Source: a virus (taxonomy: Duplodnaviria; Caudoviricetes). Taken from it: 41,107 nt of DNA. The notes beneath the pieces were generated by a model. That model was not told where the DNA came from. It ran no database searches and worked only from the letters and a program-made list of their open reading frames with translations. Below, one piece after another: positions 1 through 9,600 of the stretch. The DNA is taken from the IMG/VR virus record IMGVR_UViG_3300027753_000035, positions 1-41,107 of that record, one strand, 5' to 3'. The stretch's first letter is position 1. Every line of letters starts with the position of its first letter. Made by a program: the position numbers and the translations under genes.

Positions 1-2532
1 TTGAAGGGTAGACGACGTGTGCCGCCAAGCGATGCTGTACGGAGATAGCACGCCATCAGAGACAGAATGGCCCCCCACACCCTCGATCGCCACGTAAGGG
101 GAAGGGCCGTTATAGGCGAGGATGGCGACGTTGCCTTGATATGCCCCGTTCCATAGTATCTTGGTGTCTATTCGTAACAGGTTTGTGCTTCTCCATTGTG
201 AGATCGTCAGTTGGTCTCCAGCAGCCTCACTAGCGGTTATTCGACCTTCTACGGCGAGGGACAGCGCTACCGAGTTAACTTGACGCATTGATACATCAGT
301 TACTTTAGCTGTTGCAGCTAACGTGTTAAGACTAAAGCCGATGATCGGATCAGTTACTGTGGCTTCAAATGTTAGCGTTTGTATTCCTGTAGAACTACTG
401 ACCACTCCCTCACGGAGAATACTATACGAGTTGTCAAACACAACTATACTAAAATTATTTGAAAGCTCGATAACATTAACACTAATTCTATACAATTTGC
501 CGATTGTTAATCCTGACAAAGCTATTGCTGCTGCTCTCTTGCCTGATTGTGTCGTACTACCGTTTCTATTAATTGACAATTGATCTTCAGGTAGAATAGA
601 AATAATAGAAGTGCCGTCGTTTGACCAGCTATTAATATCAGCAATACTATTAAAGTCACCAACATAATTACCAACATTATCAACTACTAGTTCAGGACCA
701 GTATAATCAACAGTAGGCCACTCGAACTGCGCAGGTGGTACATTAAGTGTTTGTGCTGCTCTAGTCACTGTAGCACCCGAAGTGGGAATGTAGGAGCTTG
801 GAGCGGAGCCTTCTTCGCTCTGTGCGCCCCAGAGGTAGACTCCTGAGGTGCCGTTGCCTGCCCAATTGTTGTGTGCGATGTTGTAATCTTGATCAAGGAC
901 ATATATCTGCTGGTTTACGGTTCCGGTAGTCGTTCCGGTGCCAGTGAGAGAGCACCGATACCAACCATCGCCAAAGTCTTCTATGCTTGTAGATGTTACC
1001 CCGCCGCCTTCGCTGGACACAGCAGGCGAGGTCAAGTTAAAAATGGCCCACGTGTTACCTGTTACCCCACCAGTATCGCTACCTTCTCCTTGCATCCTCA
1101 GCCTAACGAATGAGTACCCGTTTGCCTTAACAAAAACAGAAAGTGTTTGAGTGGCCGAAGCCGTCATAGAGACCGACTGATCAACACGGTGACCTGTTGA
1201 TCCGGTAGTCGGCACAGCCGCATATGCAGTGTTGCTGCTAGACGGTGAAGACTGCGATCCCGTTAATGTCAGTCCGGCACTTGGGTTATCCCAAGAAGAG
1301 GTAAAGTCCTCAGAGTACGTCAACATGTTCGTCCGAGCCTCACTCTCAATGAGCAGCCCCTCGTTCACCCAAGCGGACCCATTGTAAACGTGATGACCCA
1401 CCCGAGGCAGGTACTCAACGGCACCTGTAGTTGGCACGTAATACTCAAACCCGGTAGCAGCGCCGGGGACAGGTGCCATGCCGCCGAGGTCGGAGCGGTA
1501 GAGATGTGCTCCAAAAACTTGAATCGATCCAGCTTCTAGACTTGTTAAGCGCAGACGTGCTGTATCTGGTGTTCCAGATGGAACAGTGCCGCTTATAGTA
1601 AACCTCTGCCATTCGGACGTGAGCGTAATATCTTCCTGAACTGAACCAAGACCACTTCCGCTAAACAAAATAGAAAACCTGACGGACGTAGATGTGCCTG
1701 CTTTCGCCCATATAGAAACGCTATATGACTGGCCCACAGAGCAGCTTGGCCCGATAAATCGTAAAAGATCATTGGTCCCAGCAAATGTAACTGTTCTGCC
1801 ATTGGTCTGACCGTCGGGCGACGAAGTTAATGTGCCTGATACGGTTGCATCCGTTTTCAGCCACGCAGCATTTGCAAAGTCCTCACTGTACGTCACCAAG
1901 TTATGCGGTGCCCAGACGATCTTCGTTGCTTCTCGGACGGAGATGTTGTCGAAGCTATTTGCAACGCCAGAAACTAGCGCCCAATTTCCCATTCGCAAGT
2001 GAGTTGTTGTGGTTTCTGCCACGAAAGTGTGTGTAACCGTCGCCGCCGAGGTTTCTCGTATTTCTGCAATCGTTCCGCCGCCCTGATGTGTGCCGATACG
2101 AATGCGTGCGCCACCGCCGCCACTGCTAGACACATCAGTCACGTCTACGGAAAGAGTGTAGCTTTGGCCTATTTCGGTCGTAACCGTAGCAGCAGCGTAG
2201 CCATAAGCAGTAACGCCGTTTGTGACGGTAAGTTCTGCCCCTGTCGCTGACAGAGTTGCGCTGTTCTGCGCAGTCCACCCACTCGTATCAGTGTCAAACG
2301 TCCCATTAGTCACCAACTCTGGGCCGTACCCTTGCGTCATTGTGCTGTTGCTTGTAGTGACGTAGGTTAATCTCGGACTACTGCCAACAAAGTTGTCGGC
2401 AAAGGTTACAGGCTGATTAGCAAGTCTATATTGATGATTTATAAAATCAAGGCCTACAGATGCTTCAACATCATTAACAGCAAATTTTGTTAAACTGGTT
2501 GCGCCAGATCCAAACTGAAAGCTATTAAACAT
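1..2532 (-). CDS. Receptor-binding fibre/spike protein with repeated carbohydrate-binding (CBM4/9-like jelly-roll) modules; 3' end lies outside the window
   Basis: Not in the ORF track because there is no stop in the window. The ATG at 2532 overlaps the upstream TAA (TAATG). Translated by hand it stays open for 844 codons: MFNSFQFGSGATSLTKF...GPELVTNGTFDTD...NLVTYSEDF...GLLIESEARTNMLTYSEDF...WGAQSEEGSAPSSYIPTSGATVTRAA...GPELVVDN. These motifs are typical of phage fibre/head-spike proteins. Confidence 0.85.
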   Translation of the reverse strand, partial: MFNSFQFGSGATSLTKFAVNDVEASVGLDFINHQYRLANQPVTFADNFVGSSPRLTYVTTSNSTMTQGYGPELVTNGTFDTDTSGWTAQNSATLSATGAELTVTNGVTAYGYAAATVTTEIGQSYTLSVDVTDVSSSGGGGARIRIGTHQGGGTIAEIRETSAATVTHTFVAETTTTHLRMGNWALVSGVANSFDNISVREATKIVWAPHNLVTYSEDFANAAWLKTDATVSGTLTSSPDGQTNGRTVTFAGTNDLLRFIGPSCSVGQSYSVSIWAKAGTSTSVRFSILFSGSGLGSVQEDITLTSEWQRFTISGTVPSGTPDTARLRLTSLEAGSIQVFGAHLYRSDLGGMAPVPGAATGFEYYVPTTGAVEYLPRVGHHVYNGSAWVNEGLLIESEARTNMLTYSEDFTSSWDNPSAGLTLTGSQSSPSSSNTAYAAVPTTGSTGHRVDQSVSMTASATQTLSVFVKANGYSFVRLRMQGEGSDTGGVTGNTWAIFNLTSPAVSSEGGGVTSTSIEDFGDGWYRCSLTGTGTTTGTVNQQIYVLDQDYNIAHNNWAGNGTSGVYLWGAQSEEGSAPSSYIPTSGATVTRAAQTLNVPPAQFEWPTVDYTGPELVVDNVGNYVGDFNSIADINSWSNDGTSIISILPEDQLSINRNGSTTQSGKRAAAIALSGLTIGKLYRISVNVIELSNNFSIVVFDNSYSILREGVVSSSTGIQTLTFEATVTDPIIGFSLNTLAATAKVTDVSMRQVNSVALSLAVEGRITASEAAGDQLTISQWRSTNLLRIDTKILWNGAYQGNVAILAYNGPSPYVAIEGVGGHSVSDGVLSPYSIAWRHTSSTLQ

Positions 2533-3947
2533 TAGCGTACCACCACGTCCGAAACTGCTATCAACGACGTAGCAGCATCAAGTACAATCATAGATATTAC
2601 CATATATTCACCTGCTGCTCCGTTAAGTGCTGGCGCTGTACCGGAAGTGTGTTTAAAGGTTGCACCTGCTAATGAGAGTGTTGCGCCTACTGCGTCTTCT
2701 ACAATAAGAGTAAGAGGAGTACCGTCGGCGATATCAGTTACGTTTGATAGTGTTACTGTAGTTGCGCCCGAAGCTGTTACCTTAGTCATCTGCTTAGCTG
2801 ATACATCCCAGCTATTTGTTAAATTTAACGAAGGTGTTGAAATGCCAGTTACAGTAATGTTATCAACTGTAGCAGTTGTTACATCTAAAGAATTAACATT
2901 TAGTCTTGGGCCTATAATTAGCTCCGAGCTGTCTGTAGTCTCAATTCTGCTGGTATACACTATCCCGCTTACTGTAACATCGCCAGTTATATCTAAAGTT
3001 GTACTAGGCGAATCATTAAAAATGCCTACTCTACGTTCACTCGAATCAAGCGTGATTGCTTCAATTTTCGAACTACCGTCTGTAATTCTAACGCTAAAAT
3101 CGTGATTTTGTCTTTCTACATCAATATGGCTTTTAGTCGTAGCACCATCTGTCTTTAGTGTAGCATACTTAGAATCTTGATAGCCTACACTTACGCCGTT
3201 TGTGCCTTTTACAAACAGTGCAGATTCAATATTTTGATCAACTAAATTATTACCACTGTCACGCTGGTTAACTCTTACAAAACTAGCGGGAGTATAAGTA
3301 TCTGTTCCGTCTACAAACGAACCTGCTTGTGTAGCGGTACCGTGAAATTTATAGTTTGTGACGTCAACTGGATTAAACCCTATTTCAATCTGTGTGCCAG
3401 CTGTCCACCCTGCAGGTGTTGTAACTGTATTTGGGGTAAACTGTACGGTACTCCAAATACCTTTTAGTACACCAGCAACGTAATGGCCGTTAACTACTCT
3501 ACTAACACCCGTAGTATCAATCACGCTAATTGCTTCGTCGCCGGTTTTGCCCTGTGCCTTTGTGTAGTTAGGTCCTACTGTTACAAAAGAAGTTCCATTG
3601 TAAAACTTTAACTGATCTACACTTGTGTCTACAAACAAATCACCTGTATCTACGTTAGACGCAACATCGCCTACCACAGTGCCGTTAGCGCTGACAAACG
3701 AGTCGCCGTCGTATACTTTAAGTCTATTTTCAGAAGCATCGTACCAAAGCTGCCCTTTTATAGCATTCTCAGGTGCCGATGTTGACGAAAAGTTTTCAAG
3801 TAGTTTGACCAAGTTCTCATTTAATGCTTCGCCAAAGCCTGCGTAATTGCGACCAATAAGTGAGATATCAATTGTAGTAGTATCAAGTGTGCCATCTACT
3901 AGGTCAGTTAATATTGTACCATCTGTTTTGTTTATTCTATAAGCCAT
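2532..3947 (-). CDS. Tail fibre/baseplate-attached virion protein (471 aa), paralog of the 696-aa neighbour
   Basis: Its N-terminus (MAYRINKTDG...LIGRNYAGFGEALNENLVKLLENFS...GQLWYD) is shared with 3947-6037. It has a fibre-type RVGIFNDSPSTTLDITGD motif and Thr/Gly/Ser-rich beta composition. Confidence 0.75.
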   Translation of the reverse strand: MAYRINKTDGTILTDLVDGTLDTTTIDISLIGRNYAGFGEALNENLVKLLENFSSTSAPENAIKGQLWYDASENRLKVYDGDSFVSANGTVVGDVASNVDTGDLFVDTSVDQLKFYNGTSFVTVGPNYTKAQGKTGDEAISVIDTTGVSRVVNGHYVAGVLKGIWSTVQFTPNTVTTPAGWTAGTQIEIGFNPVDVTNYKFHGTATQAGSFVDGTDTYTPASFVRVNQRDSGNNLVDQNIESALFVKGTNGVSVGYQDSKYATLKTDGATTKSHIDVERQNHDFSVRITDGSSKIEAITLDSSERRVGIFNDSPSTTLDITGDVTVSGIVYTSRIETTDSSELIIGPRLNVNSLDVTTATVDNITVTGISTPSLNLTNSWDVSAKQMTKVTASGATTVTLSNVTDIADGTPLTLIVEDAVGATLSLAGATFKHTSGTAPALNGAAGEYMVISMIVLDAATSLIAVSDVVVR

Positions 3948-6037
3948 TAATTAACTCCTGTGTAGATAATATAATTCATTGCCAAGTAAGGGTTAGTAAC
4001 ATCAAGAGCTTCGCCGAGTGAAGTGCTACTTACTCCGCCACTTGTTGGAATTTTTTCACTTGTAGTAGAACCAATCTCAAAATCACCAGACAGTACACCC
4101 GAAGGAAGAGAAGCTTCCTTGGTTTCTCTAAATGCGTAAAACTGTTGCCCAGTTTCAGAACGCATATCGTGCTCGTGTTCTGGCAAGTTAGATACACCAA
4201 TTGTAGTGTCTTCATCACCTGCCACTGCGCCTAATGTACTTGCTGCTGTGTCTGTTATTCTGTTGTCAGTCGAAGCAGGTGTTGTACTGCCCATGTTGTA
4301 AAGCCCTAACGGGAACCTACCACGTAGATCAGGTAGCGCAAACTTGCCTGTGCTCGGTGTTGGGTTGTAGGTGTAACCTAAGATAGCAAACAATGCCGCA
4401 TAAATCGAAATGTCTAATTCTTGAGCGTTACAGAACTTCCACCCTGTTGGTTCTGTTGCCCCCGGCCATATCATCATGCCGCCTACTGGGCTAATGCCCG
4501 GAATGTTTTCAAACAGTGTTTGCTTAGTTACTTTACGTAGTCCGGTGTCAATGCCGTCTGTTCTATCAATAAGTATTAAGTCACTATCTAAGCTGTTTGT
4601 GGCTTGTGTCTTAGATGTAATAAAAGTAGGCGCTACAGTAAGATCAAACTGCTTAGTACCGCCTACTCCGTTAAACTCTTGAGAAACTGTTTCAACATCA
4701 CCAGTTATTTGGAATGTTGTAGAGGTTGCTAATCTAGTAGCAGTCCCGGCGTTACCCGAAACAGATCCAGACACTGTGCCTTCGAGGTTGCCTACAAACT
4801 TACTAGCATATACGTTCTTCCAGCGCTTAATAGAGTTACCGATATTTCTCGAGTTATCAAGATCTGGAACAATAACGTCACTAGGTAAGTTTTCGGTTCT
4901 AGTATGTGTGTCTGGCGCTGTTGCTAAGTCGAGGTTACCAATTTCAATTGCTTCTTTAAAGGTTGCACCGCCGCCAACATTAATATCTAACGCAACGCCT
5001 ACGCCGCCTTTTGCTATAATAGATCCAGTTCCAAAAGTGCTTGATGCTGTAGTATCTGTTATTTCTAGTGTACCGGATGCTTTAACATCACCAACTACTT
5101 CGAGTTCAGTGTCGGGTACTGTTGTATTAATACCAACTTTCTTGTTGCTACCTACAGACAATACTGTATTTGTTGTTCCGCCGTCTTTTGTTTTAATCTC
5201 AATATTACCGCCGGCATTGTTATGGCGGATAACACCAGTAGTAGACGACATGCTAATCGAAAGTTCTCTGTTAGCTCCGAGCTTAATACCGTCAGCATTT
5301 TGAATATTTAACGGGCTTGATGATGTAGATTCGGTATCACCTCTTAAGAAATTACTTGCTGAAACTACTTTGTCACTAACAATGAGGCTTTCTGCTTTTT
5401 CAGCAACACCAAAATACTTAACGTTGTTAGCGTTATCATTGTCAGTGTCTCTAGATGCTAAATTAAAGCCTGGTTTAATTGTTTGTCCAGCAAAGCCGTT
5501 AATAAACAACTTAGGTGTAAACGTGTCAAACGCTATTATAGCAACAGTACTAGCGTTTACTTCCATTTTAATAATATTATAAGTGTTGTCGTCGGTGCCT
5601 ACTAGTTGCTCAACATTAACACCAGTTGTTAACCCTTCACTAAATTGTGGACCTACTAGGATCCATTCAGTGCCGGAGAACAAATATAGCTGTTGCTTTT
5701 CTTTGTCAACCCATAAGTCGCCAGTTACGCTGTCAGCTACAGCTGGTATAGCTGCTGCTTTTTGTAATCCTCCGGCACTTGTAAATTGAGTGCCATCGTA
5801 AATTTTAAGTTGTCCGTTAACATTATCGTACCACAATTGACCCTCTACAGGATTCGCAGGCTCTAACGGAGACGCAAAGTTTTCAAGTAGCCGTACTAGG
5901 TCCTCGGCAATAACTTGCCCGTATCCTAGAGAGTTTTTACCTGGAAGCTTTAAGCTGGTCTCAGTGTTAATTGTGTTGTCTTCAACAGTAATCGGATTCT
6001 TTGCACCGCTGTCTGCATAGTCAATAGTGTACGCCAT
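3947..6037 (-). CDS. Tail fibre protein with C-terminal phage tail-collar domain (696 aa)
   Basis: The segment PVGGMMIWPGATEPTGWKFCNAQELDISIYAALFAILGYTY...FALPDLRGRFPLG...LPEHEH...NPYLAMNYIIYTG matches the collar domain of T4 gp12/gp10-type fibres. It also has a KVGINTTVPDTELEVVGD fibre motif. Confidence 0.85.
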   Translation of the reverse strand: MAYTIDYADSGAKNPITVEDNTINTETSLKLPGKNSLGYGQVIAEDLVRLLENFASPLEPANPVEGQLWYDNVNGQLKIYDGTQFTSAGGLQKAAAIPAVADSVTGDLWVDKEKQQLYLFSGTEWILVGPQFSEGLTTGVNVEQLVGTDDNTYNIIKMEVNASTVAIIAFDTFTPKLFINGFAGQTIKPGFNLASRDTDNDNANNVKYFGVAEKAESLIVSDKVVSASNFLRGDTESTSSSPLNIQNADGIKLGANRELSISMSSTTGVIRHNNAGGNIEIKTKDGGTTNTVLSVGSNKKVGINTTVPDTELEVVGDVKASGTLEITDTTASSTFGTGSIIAKGGVGVALDINVGGGATFKEAIEIGNLDLATAPDTHTRTENLPSDVIVPDLDNSRNIGNSIKRWKNVYASKFVGNLEGTVSGSVSGNAGTATRLATSTTFQITGDVETVSQEFNGVGGTKQFDLTVAPTFITSKTQATNSLDSDLILIDRTDGIDTGLRKVTKQTLFENIPGISPVGGMMIWPGATEPTGWKFCNAQELDISIYAALFAILGYTYNPTPSTGKFALPDLRGRFPLGLYNMGSTTPASTDNRITDTAASTLGAVAGDEDTTIGVSNLPEHEHDMRSETGQQFYAFRETKEASLPSGVLSGDFEIGSTTSEKIPTSGGVSSTSLGEALDVTNPYLAMNYIIYTGVN

Positions 6038-6039
6038 TT

Positions 6040-6651
6040 TTAATCCTCGCTAAAGCCAGTTAGACTCTGTACTCTTACTGTATAATCAATTTGAATTAAT
6101 CTGTTCAAGCTTTTCTGTACAGGGTGGAAAATTACATGTGTTAGTAGTCTGCCGGTACCATCAGGACTGTATGCTCTAAGACCTAACTCGTCAAAGATAA
6201 AAGCACTTTCTGTATTAGAAGCATTATCAAAAGCATCTTGGCCTTCTGGCTCACCGTAGTCTAATAAACAAGTAACTAATACGTCAGTGTAGTTTGTGCC
6301 ACTAACATGTCTTGTTTCAATTTTATTTCTAAACGGATCAGTATTGTTAGCACTTCTGTCGTCTACAATCTTAGTATAAGTTTGATTATATAGACTAGCA
6401 TTAGTACCGGTGCTGTTTGGCGTTAGGTATGTAATAATACCAGTTGGGTCAACACTGGTGCCGCCGTTGCCAAACGCCATTTGGTAGATAAATCCGCTAC
6501 CGTTATTACCTAAGCTTTCAGCTAATGAGATACTCATGTTCTCATAGTGAATAGCGTTTCTTTTATTAATTAAAACGTCGCCCGTAGCAGGGTCATGAAT
6601 CTTAATATGACCTTCTAGTAGCACGCCGTTTAAGTCGTTGAATGTGTTCAT
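6040..6651 (-). CDS. Virion structural protein (203 aa), probable baseplate/fibre-attachment subunit
   Basis: Clean ORF with AGGAA RBS and an upstream late-promoter motif. It contains MAFGNGG and FIFDELGL...LLTHVIFHPVQKS motifs and sits between the giant wedge gene and the fibre genes. Confidence 0.6.
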   Translation of the reverse strand: MNTFNDLNGVLLEGHIKIHDPATGDVLINKRNAIHYENMSISLAESLGNNGSGFIYQMAFGNGGTSVDPTGIITYLTPNSTGTNASLYNQTYTKIVDDRSANNTDPFRNKIETRHVSGTNYTDVLVTCLLDYGEPEGQDAFDNASNTESAFIFDELGLRAYSPDGTGRLLTHVIFHPVQKSLNRLIQIDYTVRVQSLTGFSED

Positions 6652-6671
6652 AATTGTGTTCCTATTAACTA

Positions 6672-6679
6672 TATTTATC
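6672..6679 (-). promoter_or_regulatory. Late promoter motif GATAAATA (T4 TATAAATA-like)
   Basis: Lies 21 nt upstream of the ATG at 6651 and overlaps the TGA of the giant gene. The same NNTAAATA core recurs before other structural genes. Confidence 0.7.
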
Positions 6680-9600
6680 AGGGTAAATCCACCGGCGTCG
6701 AACGAAGAAACTTAGCTATGTCTGTTTCACTGTCTGCTAGTGTTTTATTAGGGTCGCTCCACGTTCTGCCTTTCTTTCTAACTACAACAATCGTTGTATT
6801 TTCTACAGGTGCTGTAGCTATCGATAGTATGTTTCCTGCTACAGTAAACTCTGCCGGTAATGTAGTGTCGCCTTCTGGTGAGTCCATAGCATTGTCAACT
6901 TGGTAAGATTCAAGTGCTGTCTTACGCATTCTCTTACCTGCGACAAATACGTCAAACTCGTCAGCGCTACTAGGCGTAAAGTCTAGTGTGTAGTCTGTAG
7001 AGGTTCCGTCCGCTGTAAATTTAGTTGTGTAAACTTCATCCTTGTAAGGGATATTGTTCTTACCACTAAGCTCTAGTCCAACTGTGCGTTCGGCATATAC
7101 ATCTTTAATGCCTGTGCCAAGTGTTCCACGGCGTAGATTCTTTAGAGAGTTGCCATCCTTAATAAAGTATTCAATTCTCTCACCTTCAATCCAAACAACG
7201 CCAGGAATACCGTTAACACTTGGTGCAGGTAGCGCACTAGCATCGCTTGTTACAATCTCTTTGTCGTACCAGTTAAGGGCGTTACTTAGAGTAAATCTCT
7301 TATCTGTGTTAAAGTTTTGGTAGTGTGTTCTGTTAAGAATGTCTTTAAACTGCTGCCAGCCAAAGGACTTAATTAAAGGATCAGCAGCAAAGTGTACAAC
7401 AATAAATTCATCGTTCGGTGCTACTGTAGCAGCAAGTGTTATTAGCTGCTTGCTGTTGTCTAAATAGTAATCACCATTAGGTACTAATAGCACACCATTT
7501 TTGCTAACCCACACATACTGCGAATCGTAAGCAGGAGAGTCAAGTTCAATCTTTCCTCGCTGTATATTAGATAATCTAGCGTACTCAGCAGTGCCTTCAG
7601 TTAAGTCTCTATCCTTAACTTGTATACGCTGCCATTCAATGTTTTTATGATCGTGGTTTGTAAATGTAATTACTTTAATGTCTGTGTTAGTAGCATATGT
7701 ATTGCTAAATGTAATAGCTGTATTGTCAGCTACAAATTCATTACTTGTATCAAAGCTACCAAAAGTATAGTCGCTATTGTGCCTTACATAAACTTCTAAT
7801 TCAGTTCCAGAAGTTAACGGTACTGAACTATCTAATACTATAGTACCAGTTAACGGTTCCCAAGTAAAGCCGCTGACGAACTCTAACTCAGTACCGTTAA
7901 GAATAACTTGTATCGTGTACCCAGCAATGTTGTTAATATCTAGAAGCAAGTTATCTAATACATATGCTGTAGTGTCGGCACTAATTGTAAATCTTTGAAC
8001 ATACCCAGGATCTAGTAATCTGTTGTTAGCAATAACAACAGTGTTCCATTCGTACGGCACGCTGACTTCTGGTTTAGTTGTTATGTCATACGCTACTGAA
8101 CTTCCGTCTGCTACTAAGCTTTCGATAGTTACTTTACTGTAATTCTTTTCAGTGTTAGCGCTAAACACAGTGTACTCGATATTTTCATTAGCAGTAGCCG
8201 GGTCACCTAGTACAATAGTAGCCTTGTTGTTTTCTTCAACAATTACGTGGTCAACGCTCTGACCATTCACAGATACAATGCTTTGTAAGTCATCTTCGTA
8301 AGTGGCACTAGTTAATATGTTAATTGTACTTCCGTCACTAGTAAATGTGTCAGAATCTAATACATTTGCGCCCGATGTGCCAAAGTTATTAATGCTTACT
8401 ACTGCTCTGTCTACTGGTGCGTTAGTAAACTTAACTAACTTAGTTTCAAAATCAACAGTAAAATCAGTATTGTAAATTTGTATTTCGTCATTAACTTTAA
8501 CAATTATTTGAGTAACGTCAACTACAGCAGCATCAATAGTGAAATCAGTAGCAGTACCATTTCCGTAGTGTATGTTTGTCGATATGTTACTGTTAGTGCC
8601 AACTGGTAATTCGTATACTTTGATGTTAACTGTATCAAGTACATGTCCTGGTACATGTTCTTCAACGCTGCCACTGTTAATTGGCGTTACAAATCCTTCG
8701 CCGTCGATTGTAATATCTTCAGCAAGAATACCTCTAGCATTTCCGTATGCTAAGTTACCGCCGGAGATCTCAGTATCAATTGAGTTTGGATTTAGTGCGT
8801 AGGAACCATCGCTAGTAGACTTACGAATTACTAGCTTGTCGCTACTATCGTAATTGATAACAACACCAGTGTTGTTACCATCTGCTTGTATTGTTTCTAG
8901 CTTAAAATCATCTAAGTAGAACGTGTCAGTTACACCGTCTCCTGTAAGTGTACGCATTATTGCGTTTGGATTTTCAATAACTGTGCTACCGTCGAAGTTT
9001 GGATCATCAAGTCTTACATTGTTTAAGTACACGTTGTACTGAACACCGGTTTCTAACGGAGTTGACAAAGTAAGTTCTACAGTAGACTCATCAAAGGAGA
9101 ACACTTCGTCATCGTTTGTATCGTCATACGCATCCCATTCCGATGTATACCAAGCGTCGTTATCCCAACCTTGAATTTTGTCAAAGCCTACACCTTTAAC
9201 TTCTACGCCGCCGTAGTCTACGCCAGTCATAAGCTGAGCAAGGTCGTTATCAAGTTGACCAGTTGTCGGAGCATAGTACTGATTAACTCTGTCCGGTGCG
9301 TTAAGTATGTCAATAGCCTTCTTGTAAGAAACTACAACAGTAGTATCTTGTTCTAGTCTTTCAGTAGTGGTAATTCTACCAAGCTCTCTTTTGTAGCTTT
9401 TGTCTGTGTTTATTACATTTTCAAAAGTGTATTCGCTGCGTAGAAGCTCTACACCGTTAGCAGTTACAGTAATATCGCTATTGTAAAGCTGCATCGGCCA
9501 CTTTAGATCATACTCAAAATTACTACCGCTAGCAGTAAATGTTTCTTGAGTATCAATATCAGTAATAGTAAACTTCTTAGCTGTTCTGTCAAACTTCATA

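Noticed and set aside
323-2250. Short ORFs listed in the track across the first 2.3 kb
   Set aside because: They are shadows of the single long minus-strand fibre ORF (2532 to <1), which the track missed because it has no stop in the window.
1-6037. Diversity-generating retroelement acting on the fibre genes
   Set aside because: No reverse transcriptase and no near-identical template/variable repeat pair with adenine-specific mismatches are visible. The repeats are diverged protein-level motifs.
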